DNA of 64,000 nucleotides from Deltaproteobacteria bacterium (GTDB taxonomy: Bacteria; Myxococcota_A; Polyangia; Fen-1088). The stretch lies in NCBI GenBank assembly GCA_033763315.1, contig JANRKS010000032.1, forward strand, positions 480,001 to 544,000. Reading direction: 5' to 3'. The notes beneath the pieces were generated by a model, which was given only the letters and a program-made list of their open reading frames with translations, was not told the DNA's origin and did not search any database. The translations under genes were made by a program, and so were the position numbers. Of the stretch, positions 31,440-39,259 are shown one piece after another (the first letter of the stretch is position 1; each line of letters starts with the position of its first letter).

Positions 31440-31588
31440 AACGTGGGGTGCACTTGGGAACTCACCAGCGCCACGCGCAGGGCAAAGATCGTAACCCGCG
31501 TTTCTGTGTCCGCCCGCTGCGATCGCCACAACGTCTCAGCGTCGCGCTGGCGCCAACTCCGACGGCCCGTTTGGTCATCGCAGTTTTC

Positions 31589-31604
31589 CGGCACGACTAT
31601 TGAA
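31589..31604 (+). promoter_or_regulatory. sigma54-like promoter CGGCACGACTATTGAA
   Basis: -12 GA variant; divergent from the glgX promoter. Confidence 0.6.
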
Positions 31605-31651
31605 TAGAGACGCTGTGAATTGTTGCGGAATACTTTGCAAGGAGAACACGT

Positions 31652-31915
31652 ATGAAACTGGAAGATCTGAAATCACTTTCTAAAGACGACATCCTCGGCG
31701 CGCTGGGCCTCGAGACCAAGCGCTCCACCTCGGGTGTTGTCGCGAGTAGCCTTGCCGTGTTCGGTATGGGCTTGGTGGTTGGCGCTGCCGCTGCGTTGAT
31801 GATGGCACCCAAGACGGGCCGAGAATTGCGCGACGACGTCAGCTCTCGCTTGCGGTCGTTCACCGGTAAGGAAGGCGCCAAGCCCAATGATGGTGAAGTC
31901 TCGGCGCTAACGTAA
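31652..31915 (+). CDS. YtxH-domain protein
   Basis: GLVVGAAAALMMAPKTGRELR; RBS AGGAG. Confidence 0.88.
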   Translation: MKLEDLKSLSKDDILGALGLETKRSTSGVVASSLAVFGMGLVVGAAAALMMAPKTGRELRDDVSSRLRSFTGKEGAKPNDGEVSALT

Positions 31916-31954
31916 GCGTTTCCTTTAACTTAATACATCGTAGGAGAGAACAAC

Positions 31955-32239
31955 ATGAAGCGGATGATTCTAGGGTTGTGCGGGCTGTTGGGTGTAGCTG
32001 TGGCGGGATGTGATGAGGCAGACAAGATCTTCGATTGCCAAAGCGTCTGCGATCGTTACAAGAGCTGTTTCAACAACTCCTACGATGTGGGCGCCTGTCG
32101 CGATCGTTGCAAATCGAAGGCTGACGCCGATAAAGACTTCGAGAAGAAGGCGGATGCCTGCGAGTCATGCATCGATGATAGGTCGTGCACATCCGCGACG
32201 TTTAATTGCGCGACTGAATGCGCCTCTATCGTTCCCTAA
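31955..32239 (+). CDS. Cys-rich lipoprotein
   Basis: Lipobox VAGC, repeated CxxxC/CxxC; RBS AGGAG. Confidence 0.75.
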   Translation: MKRMILGLCGLLGVAVAGCDEADKIFDCQSVCDRYKSCFNNSYDVGACRDRCKSKADADKDFEKKADACESCIDDRSCTSATFNCATECASIVP

Positions 32240-32254
32240 TTGCGAGGTGACGTG

Positions 32255-32407
32255 ATGCTTTGGACAGTAGCTGTAATCTTGTTGGTCCTTTGGGCCTTAG
32301 GCATGGTGACCTCATACACTGTGGGCGGGTTCGTCCACATTCTTTTGGTCGCCGCCGTGATCGTGGTCTTGGTGCGTTTGATTCAGGGCCGCGCACCGTT
32401 AAGATGA
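32255..32407 (+). CDS. lmo0937-family small membrane protein (50 aa, absent from the ORF track)
   Basis: MLWTVAVILLVLWALGMVTSYTVGGFVHILLVAAVIVVLVRLIQGRAPLR; RBS GAGGTG. Confidence 0.88.
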   Translation: MLWTVAVILLVLWALGMVTSYTVGGFVHILLVAAVIVVLVRLIQGRAPLR

Positions 32408-32420
32408 AGAGCCAAAGATG

Positions 32421-32465
32421 AAAGAGAAAGGCCGCCTTGGGAACTCCAAAGCGGCCTTTCTCTTT
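32421..32465. terminator. Bidirectional intrinsic terminator
   Basis: AAAGAGAAAGGCCGC...GCGGCCTTTCTCTTT between convergent operons. Confidence 0.8.
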
Positions 32466-32491
32466 ACCACCAAGCCGAACAACCAAAGGGC

Positions 32492-32725
32492 TCAGTGACG
32501 GCGCCTGCCGCCCATGTGCCCCACGGCCCAGCCCACCATCACCCCGCCTAACAGCGCGCGCCAGGGCATACGAGCCACCCACATGCGCCAGCTTCCGAGG
32601 TCTTCGACGTGCGTCTTCAGCAACGTCACCGATTCGGTGAATCGCTTGCGATGAATGTCCACCTCGTCTTCGATTCGCTTAAGTTCCTGGTTCTGTGTCA
32701 GAAACAGATTGTCTGCGTCGCTCAT
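32492..32725 (-). CDS. Small tail-anchored protein (YqjK/DUF3618-like)
   Basis: Coiled coil plus C-terminal TM segment and basic tail. Confidence 0.6.
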   Translation of the reverse strand: MSDADNLFLTQNQELKRIEDEVDIHRKRFTESVTLLKTHVEDLGSWRMWVARMPWRALLGGVMVGWAVGHMGGRRRH

Positions 32726-32736
32726 CGTTTTCCCCT

Positions 32737-33129
32737 TTAACGCGCGGTTGAGACCGCTGCCTCAACTTGACGCACGCTTTCGTTCACTGAAGCGCGTGTT
32801 TGATCCATGGGAGCGATGTGTTTGAGTTGCGACAGTGTGAGCAAGGCACCAACGATCCCCACCACGGCGTTAGCCGCGGCCACGATTGCTAGCCCCCAGC
32901 CCCAACCTAACAAACGCGCCAACCCGGCGGCTGCCGCTGCGCACCCAAACAAATAGGCCACGGCCACAAGGGGAGCAAACAAAGCGAGTTTGGCCGCGCG
33001 TTTAATAAAATTCCGCGCGTCCAAAGTGATCTCGGTTTTGGCCAAACGAATTTGCGCGCCAACCAGATCAACCAGCGACTCCAATGTATGTCGCGTCAGC
33101 GACGCCACCCCAGATTCTTGTTCTCTCAT
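32737..33129 (-). CDS. YqjE-like ('holin-like') membrane protein
   Basis: LVGAQIRLAKTEI followed by two TM segments; alternative start GTG 33156. Confidence 0.75.
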   Translation of the reverse strand: MREQESGVASLTRHTLESLVDLVGAQIRLAKTEITLDARNFIKRAAKLALFAPLVAVAYLFGCAAAAAGLARLLGWGWGLAIVAAANAVVGIVGALLTLSQLKHIAPMDQTRASVNESVRQVEAAVSTAR

Positions 33130-33152
33130 CGCTCTTTCGGACACGGCTAACC

Positions 33153-33470
33153 TCACTCTGTGGCAGGTTCGCGTTGGCGTCCGTTCTGCGCGAACAGCTG
33201 TCCGCCCAGCTCCATGCCCCCACGAACAATCACGGGCAACGACACCGCTCGCAACGCAAAGCGCGTGGCCGTTCCCAACACGCGTGCGGTCAAGCTGGAA
33301 AACAATCCGCCGCCCAGCACGTAACCAACGCCCACGCCGATCAGCGTTGTGCGAATGGGGTTCTCTTCAACCTCCTTGCGCACGTATTGCTGAACTTCAT
33401 CCCATGTCTTGCGCGGTGAATTCATCAAGGCGGTGCTCCCTCGCTTGCCCTTGCCAACTTGCTCACGCAT
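33153..33470 (-). CDS. ElaB/YqjD-like hypothetical protein
   Basis: EVEENPIRTTLIGVGVGYVLG; start ATG 33470 or 33425. Confidence 0.6.
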   Translation of the reverse strand: MREQVGKGKRGSTALMNSPRKTWDEVQQYVRKEVEENPIRTTLIGVGVGYVLGGGLFSSLTARVLGTATRFALRAVSLPVIVRGGMELGGQLFAQNGRQREPATE

Positions 33471-33690
33471 AGCGGGCCACCTTTGCCAAAAGGAAACCAA
33501 CGGCAAACGCACCAATCAAGCAGGTGCCTGGCTTTTCCCGGATGAGCGTCTCAGCCTTGGCCTTCCAATCGTTGGCAACGTCACGGGCTTCTTCCATGCG
33601 CTTTGGGAAGTCTTCCGCAAAAGACTGCACGGTCTCCGTGGCCTCTTTGACCTTGTCGCCAACTGAATTCTTTGTTTCGTTAAATCCCAT
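33463..33690 (-). CDS. ElaB/YqjD (DUF883)-like protein
   Basis: C-terminal IREKP..CLIGAFAVGFLLA; RBS AAGGA. Confidence 0.75.
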   Translation of the reverse strand: MGFNETKNSVGDKVKEATETVQSFAEDFPKRMEEARDVANDWKAKAETLIREKPGTCLIGAFAVGFLLAKVARYA

Positions 33691-33724
33691 GGTGTTCCTT
33701 TCGTGAGTTGCAAGCGAACACCGC

Positions 33725-33740
33725 TACAAGACCTGTGCCA
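33725..33740 (-). promoter_or_regulatory. sigma54-like promoter TGGCACAGGTCTTGTA
   Basis: Strong -24 element, -12 GT variant. Confidence 0.6.
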
Positions 33741-33870
33741 AGCGCGGGCGGGCGGGCGCAGCCCCAACGCGTCCCGCCGTGGTTACCAGGATGAACCGTT
33801 GCGCTGTGGTGGTTACACTCCGCGCTCGCTATATGCTCTGCGAAAGTCGCCGGCCCTTTATGGAGCTTGG

Positions 33871-33886
33871 TGGCCTGTAACGTGCA
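33871..33886 (+). promoter_or_regulatory. sigma54-like promoter TGGCCTGTAACGTGCA
   Basis: GG-N10-GC immediately upstream of the AI-2E pair. Confidence 0.5.
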
Positions 33887-33899
33887 TTGTAGGTAACCA

Positions 33900-35120
33900 G
33901 TGGCCAGTTGGAAATTTGCTTGGGTAACGTGGCGACGAACACTGCTTTTGCTGCTGATCTTGCTGTCTGGAATAGGCATCGCGTGGCTGTTGGTGCTCTC
34001 CGCCCAAATGCTGTTGGCGGTGTTCCTGGGCCTCATCCTTGCCGTCGCCATCCGGCCGGTGACTGAACTGCTCACCAAGGCCGGCTTGTCGCGCGCGTTG
34101 GCCACGGGCGCCGTATTTTTGGTTTTGGGAGCGGCTTTGGTCTTTGCCGTGGTGTTGGCGATGCCGTTGGTAGAAGCGCAGGCCGAATCATTTTGGGCCT
34201 CGGCGCCGGCTGCCTGCAGACGCACCGCCACGTGGCTTCCCACCAGTCTCTTGGGCGAAAGCCGCATTCATGAGGTGGCCACGGCTTGTACAGCGCTTGT
34301 CAGGCGCAAAAACGCGCCTTCACAGGTTGCGGTGTCGTATCTTGCCACGCTGCCTCATGTGGCTTGGACGTTGACCATCATCCTCGGCGTGGCGTTTGTG
34401 TGGACGCGCGATCGAGAGAACCTCCTTCGTTCGTTCACGATGTTCGCCAACGAGTCGCGCCGGGACGCGTGGCGCACGTTTTGTGAGCTGGTGGAGGCCC
34501 GTTTGGGTGCCTTCTTACGTGCCCAGTTGGCGCTGTCGGGTCTCGTGGCGGTGGTCGTGGGCGCTTTCTGTTGGTCGCTCGGCATTCCCAATGTGCTGCT
34601 GGTGATGGCGTTGGCGGCGGTGGGCGAGGCGTTTCCCGTCGTTGGGCCTTTGGTGGTGGGCGGGTTGATGTTGGCGTCGGTGGTGGGGCCGCAGCCGCAC
34701 CTGGTGGTGGCGGTGATTGTGTTCTGCGTGGTGCTGCGCGGCTTTGTGGATTATCTCTTCATGCCGCTGTTGGTTCGACGCACGGCCGACGTAAACCCCT
34801 TGCTGCTGTTGCTATGCATCTTGGGTTTGGGCGCGGCCAGTGGGTTTTTAGGCGTGGCTGCGGCCGCTCCCGCGGCGGCGATCATTCAACTGGTGTTGTC
34901 ATTGTCGATGGAAACCACGCGCAGCACAAAGGAGGGCGGCGATCGCGGTCATTGGGCGGTGCTTGGCTACCAAGCGCACGTCACGGCGCTGTCAGCCCGC
35001 CGTCTAGGGCGCGATCGTATTGCGAAAGGCCAAGAAGCCTCGCTTGAGGACGCGTTGGAATCGCTGGCCATGGACCTCCGTAAGGATGTGGCGGCGCGGG
35101 CGGAAGGGATCCGGTCGTGA
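33900..35120 (+). CDS. AI-2E family transporter
   Basis: LAVAIRPV..L, GAFLRAQL, FPVVGP, VNPLLLL. Confidence 0.85.
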   Translation: MASWKFAWVTWRRTLLLLLILLSGIGIAWLLVLSAQMLLAVFLGLILAVAIRPVTELLTKAGLSRALATGAVFLVLGAALVFAVVLAMPLVEAQAESFWASAPAACRRTATWLPTSLLGESRIHEVATACTALVRRKNAPSQVAVSYLATLPHVAWTLTIILGVAFVWTRDRENLLRSFTMFANESRRDAWRTFCELVEARLGAFLRAQLALSGLVAVVVGAFCWSLGIPNVLLVMALAAVGEAFPVVGPLVVGGLMLASVVGPQPHLVVAVIVFCVVLRGFVDYLFMPLLVRRTADVNPLLLLLCILGLGAASGFLGVAAAAPAAAIIQLVLSLSMETTRSTKEGGDRGHWAVLGYQAHVTALSARRLGRDRIAKGQEASLEDALESLAMDLRKDVAARAEGIRS

Positions 35121-36244
35121 AGGCCACGCTCCAGTCAGTGATGGTTGTGGCGTTAACGCTTTCGGGGTTGATGCTGCTTTACGCGCTTTTGCCGCTGCTG
35201 GTGACGTGTTTGGTGGCCCTTGCCTTGGCGTCCACAGCGGAGACGATCGTGCGAGGCTGGACGCGCCGAGGCGTGGGGCGCGGCCTGGCGGTCCTTATGA
35301 CGTATGTTTTGGGCATCGCCGTCGTGGCTCTGCTGGCGGTGGCGATTGTGCCAACGTTAAGCGCGGAGCTGTCCGCGTTGGCCAAAAACGCCGTTCCGCT
35401 TTATGCCGACTTTGTGAATGATTGGCATGCACGGGGCGGGCTGTTGGCGCTTATCGCAACGGCGCTGCCTGGCAAGCTCGTCGTGGAGCAGGCGTTGGCG
35501 TTTCACTGGCAAGACGTATTTAAAAGCCTGCTGTTGTTTGGTGAATCCACGGCTTCGGCGGTGGTGGTGCTGGTGCTGGCGGTCTACTGGTCGATTCACC
35601 GCGCACACTTAACGGCCGCCGTGCATGGTTTGTGGCCCGCGCAACACCGGGCCATCGTGCGCAGGACTTTGGGGCAGGTGGAGGTGGCCTTGGGCTTTCA
35701 CGTCGTGGTCGAGGCCGTCGCTTCGCTGATTACATTGACCATGGTGTTCTCGGTTGCCGCCGCTCAAGGGCTGCATTACCCGGTGTTGCTGAGCGTGGCG
35801 GTCGCCTTGCTGCGCTTGATTCCGTTTTTGGGGCCACCGTTGTGCATCGTGTGCGGCATCGTCGCTGGCCAAGGGGCAAATTCCACGGCGGCCATCGTTT
35901 CGCCGTTGGCCATCTTGGCCATTGAACGTTTGTCCAATGCACTGGCCAATAACATGCTGGGGCACCGCAAACACAACGCTTTCCTCGTGTTGATCCTCTG
36001 CGTGGCGGCCGTTCGCCTTGAGGGTTGGGTTGGCCTGCTGATGGCGCCCGCCCTGGCCAGCGTTGTAGAGGTGATGGCCGCTTTGTGGCGCACGCCGAAG
36101 CACAACCTGCTTGAAGGGGAAACGTTATCACAGCGGCTTGAGGCTCTGGAGGCGGCCGTGGAACGCGAAGGCGGAGCGCGCGCACGCAAACTGGCGCCGC
36201 TTGTCAGCCGTTTGTCCTCGTTGATCAGCCTGCAAAGAGACTGA
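35117..36244 (+). CDS. AI-2E family transporter (divergent)
   Basis: GVGRGLAV, LIPFLGP, GWVGLLMAP; GTGA overlap with the upstream gene. Confidence 0.8.
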   Translation: MKATLQSVMVVALTLSGLMLLYALLPLLVTCLVALALASTAETIVRGWTRRGVGRGLAVLMTYVLGIAVVALLAVAIVPTLSAELSALAKNAVPLYADFVNDWHARGGLLALIATALPGKLVVEQALAFHWQDVFKSLLLFGESTASAVVVLVLAVYWSIHRAHLTAAVHGLWPAQHRAIVRRTLGQVEVALGFHVVVEAVASLITLTMVFSVAAAQGLHYPVLLSVAVALLRLIPFLGPPLCIVCGIVAGQGANSTAAIVSPLAILAIERLSNALANNMLGHRKHNAFLVLILCVAAVRLEGWVGLLMAPALASVVEVMAALWRTPKHNLLEGETLSQRLEALEAAVEREGGARARKLAPLVSRLSSLISLQRD

Positions 36245-37382
36245 TGCGGTTCGCGATTGCGGAGAACCACGCCCGCGCGTGCGTTTGAACCGATTCCCAC
36301 CGCACATCGAAGCGGCTCAAAAGCACCCAACTCGTGATGGCACCCACGGCCAATCCCAAAATGGCCAGGCCGAACCCATTCCAAAGCGACGCGCGGCGCG
36401 AGCGCACGTTCACCGTTGTCTCGAAACTGCGCTGCGGGCCAATGCGGATCGCGCGAATGGACTCCATCGGCTCCAACGACGTGGCCGTGAGATCGACAGA
36501 CGCGTTGATTGCGTCTTCCAGAGCTTGGGCGAACGCCATAACCGTGGCATAGCGATCGTCGGGCAATTTCGACAACGCCCGCGAAATAACGCTGGCCACC
36601 GATTGCGGCACCGAGGCCGGAAAAGGTCGGATGGGGCTGTTCACCACGGCGTAAAGCACGGCCACTGGCGTTTGCGCGTCGAACGGCAGGTCACCGGTTA
36701 AAAGCAAGTAGGCCATGATCGCCAGCGAGAACTGATCCGAGCGACCGTCGATCTCGCGCTGCCCTTGGGCTTGCTCTGGTGACATGAAGTGCGGGGTTCC
36801 CATGAGAACTTCATGCGCCGTCACACGCGAGGTTTTGTGGCTGATCGAAATGCCGAAGTCGATGACCTTAACAAAGTTGTCCTGGCCGGGGGCGCTGATC
36901 AGCACCACGTTCTCAGGCTTAAGATCTCTGTGCACAATACCCACGTCGTGCGCCGCTTGCAGAGCCGAAGCCACTTGCTTGATGATGCGCGCCGTGCGTC
37001 GGGGGCCAAAAGGCTTGCGTGGTTCAACGAACACGCTGAGATCTTCGCCGTCCAGATACTCCATCACCAAATAGGGAGCACCGGAGGGCGTGAAGTTAAA
37101 GTCGATGACCTGAACAACGTTCGGGTGTCGTAAAGTGGCGAGAATCTCAGCTTCGCGACGAAAGCGCGCGTAGTTCTCGTCTGAGTTATTCAACTCTTTG
37201 GTCAACACCTTGGCCACGTAGTGACCAGGCAAACGCGTGTGTCGGCAAAGATAAACCTCTCCCATGCCACCCACCGCCAGCCGGCGCTTGACGCGATAAG
37301 AGCCACCCAACACTTCGCCGGGGCCGAACGTCCAGTCCGGCTCCTTCGGTGTTTCGTGTTTCGTCTGCTGCTTGGAGGCCAT
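36225..37382 (-). CDS. Hanks-type Ser/Thr protein kinase with C-terminal TM
   Basis: GGMGEVY, HRDLKPEN, DFG, GTPHFMSPEQ; ATG 37382 overlaps the upstream stop (TGATG). Confidence 0.93.
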   Translation of the reverse strand: MASKQQTKHETPKEPDWTFGPGEVLGGSYRVKRRLAVGGMGEVYLCRHTRLPGHYVAKVLTKELNNSDENYARFRREAEILATLRHPNVVQVIDFNFTPSGAPYLVMEYLDGEDLSVFVEPRKPFGPRRTARIIKQVASALQAAHDVGIVHRDLKPENVVLISAPGQDNFVKVIDFGISISHKTSRVTAHEVLMGTPHFMSPEQAQGQREIDGRSDQFSLAIMAYLLLTGDLPFDAQTPVAVLYAVVNSPIRPFPASVPQSVASVISRALSKLPDDRYATVMAFAQALEDAINASVDLTATSLEPMESIRAIRIGPQRSFETTVNVRSRRASLWNGFGLAILGLAVGAITSWVLLSRFDVRWESVQTHARAWFSAIANRISLFAG

Positions 37383-37555
37383 CACAACTCAACCTCTTCA
37401 GCAGTCACAGGGTGTTTCGGGCGCACCACCAGGCTCGCGCACGCCGTTGCCACCGCAACGGCTAAGAAGGCGTGAACAAACCCGTGGAACGCATGCGATG
37501 ACAGCACCGCAACAACCCAGATTGTGAACATAACCGCGCTAATGGCCCACGACAT
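37382..37555 (-). CDS. Small membrane protein, lmo0937-like (57 aa, absent from the ORF track)
   Basis: MSWAISAVMFTIWVVAVLSSHAFHGFVHAFLAVAVATACASLVVRPKHPVTAEEVEL; RBS GAGGA. Confidence 0.7.
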   Translation of the reverse strand: MSWAISAVMFTIWVVAVLSSHAFHGFVHAFLAVAVATACASLVVRPKHPVTAEEVEL

Positions 37556-37581
37556 GTGAAAGATTCCTCAATCGTGGGTGA

Positions 37582-37597
37582 TACAAGAACGAGGCCA
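37582..37597 (-). promoter_or_regulatory. sigma54-like promoter TGGCCTCGTTCTTGTA
   Basis: -12 GT variant upstream of the small protein and kinase. Confidence 0.5.
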
Positions 37598-37678
37598 ATC
37601 ACAAAGGGGCGCTTTTTGCCCGGAATAATGAAGGATTTTGGCCCTTGCCACTACGCCAGTTACCAGCCCGTGCCAGCG

Positions 37679-39088
37679 CTAGCGAAGCTTTTCCCACAGT
37701 GTTTTGCGGGCGATGCCGAGCAGGTCAGCGGCCTTGGCGCGCTTGCCGCCGGTGGCGGTCAACGCACGGCCCAGGTATTCACGCTCGAATTCACGAACAG
37801 CCACAGCCAACGGTTTTAGTTCTCCCGAGGCGCCTTCCACGGCGGCAAACTGCGCTGAACGCGGTCGCACGGCTTCAGTGATGCTCACGGGCAGGTGATT
37901 GAAATCAATCGTCTGTCCGCCAGCGAGCACCGTCGCGTGTTCGATGGCATGTTGGAACTCACGCACGTTGCCAGGAAACTCGTATTGCTTTAGAGCCATC
38001 CACGCCGCCGGCGTCAACGTTGGCAACTCGGAGCCGGGCGGCTTAAAGCGCTCGAGCAAGTGTCGCAACAGCAGCGGCATGTCGCCGGGACGTTCGCGCA
38101 ACGGTGGCAACGGAATCTCGATGACGTTGATCCGGTAGAATAAGTCTTCGCGGAACGCGCCGGTCTTGGTCAGATCGCGCAGCGTACGGTGCGTGGCAGA
38201 AACGATTCGCACGTCCACCTTCACGGTGATGTTCGTGCCCAAGGGTTCAAACGTTCCTTCCTGTAGCACGCGCAACAGTTTTGCTTGTGCATGCAAAGGC
38301 AACTCACCGATTTCGTCCAAGAACAGCGTTCCACCATCGGCGGCTTTGAATCGCCCATCACGCTTCTTGACGGCGCCCGTAAATGCGCCACGTTCGTGGC
38401 CGAACAACTCAGCTTCGATCAGGTTCTCAGCCAGCGCGCCGCAGTTAACGGCGACGAACGGCCCCTTTGAACGCGGGGAACCTTCGTGGATCATGCGCGC
38501 CACAAGTTCTTTGCCGGTGCCGCTTTCGCCCGTGATGAGGACGGGGGCATCGCTTTGCGACACCATGCGTACCATCTCCTTCACGCGGCGGATGGGGGGC
38601 GACTCACCGACCAACGTGGTGCCGCCCGTCACCTGACCGGTGGCCAGTTGCGACCGGATCTGTTCAAGTTCGGACTTGAGTCCCAGGTGTTCGCTGATAT
38701 GCGTCAGCTGAATGAGAAGTTCTTCGATGTCGAAGGGCTTGGTCAGATAGTCGTAGGCGCCTTCCTTGAGGGCAGCCACGGCGTCAGTGACCTGGCCATA
38801 AGCCGTCATCATGATGACCTTCGTTTGAGGGGATTCACTACGCACGTGTCTTAGAAGCGATAGCCCCTCAACTTTGGGCAGTCTCACATCGGTAATCACA
38901 ACGTCGAAGACATTGTGTTCCAGTTGCCCGAGGGCCTCAGACCCATCGGCAGCCGTTTCGACCACGTATCCTGCTTCTCGCAGAGCGTCCTCAAGGACAC
39001 CTCGTAACTCAGGTTCGTCGTCAACCAATAGGATTCGCAATGATTTCCCCTGCGCTTCGGCGGGTTGAGAGAGTTTTGCTTGGGTCAT
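37679..39088 (-). CDS. NtrC-family sigma54 enhancer-binding response regulator (REC-AAA+-HTH)
   Basis: GESGTGKE, GAFTGA, LFLDEIGE, PGNVRE, Fis-type HTH; real start about ATG 39088. Confidence 0.95.
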   Translation of the reverse strand: MTQAKLSQPAEAQGKSLRILLVDDEPELRGVLEDALREAGYVVETAADGSEALGQLEHNVFDVVITDVRLPKVEGLSLLRHVRSESPQTKVIMMTAYGQVTDAVAALKEGAYDYLTKPFDIEELLIQLTHISEHLGLKSELEQIRSQLATGQVTGGTTLVGESPPIRRVKEMVRMVSQSDAPVLITGESGTGKELVARMIHEGSPRSKGPFVAVNCGALAENLIEAELFGHERGAFTGAVKKRDGRFKAADGGTLFLDEIGELPLHAQAKLLRVLQEGTFEPLGTNITVKVDVRIVSATHRTLRDLTKTGAFREDLFYRINVIEIPLPPLRERPGDMPLLLRHLLERFKPPGSELPTLTPAAWMALKQYEFPGNVREFQHAIEHATVLAGGQTIDFNHLPVSITEAVRPRSAQFAAVEGASGELKPLAVAVREFEREYLGRALTATGGKRAKAADLLGIARKTLWEKLR

Positions 39089-39180
39089 TCTGTCGGCCTC
39101 GATGATACTTTTCGGTAACGCCAGGTACCGATGTGGTAACACTCTGAATCCGTTCCGGCGCGTTTGCCGGCGATTTCTCC

Positions 39181-39196
39181 TGGCACACCGCTTGTA
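39181..39196 (+). promoter_or_regulatory. sigma54-like promoter TGGCACACCGCTTGTA
   Basis: Strong -24 element, -12 GT variant; GGTAAC twice upstream (39114, 39135). Confidence 0.6.
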
Positions 39197-39259
39197 ACTA
39201 CAAGAACCGTGCCTTTTTTCTCCCACTCCCACGTCGATGACGTCGCGCATGAGGAACGC

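Noticed and set aside
32737-33156. Holin-like gene as evidence of a prophage
   Set aside because: YqjE-type membrane protein in a stress operon; no phage genes nearby
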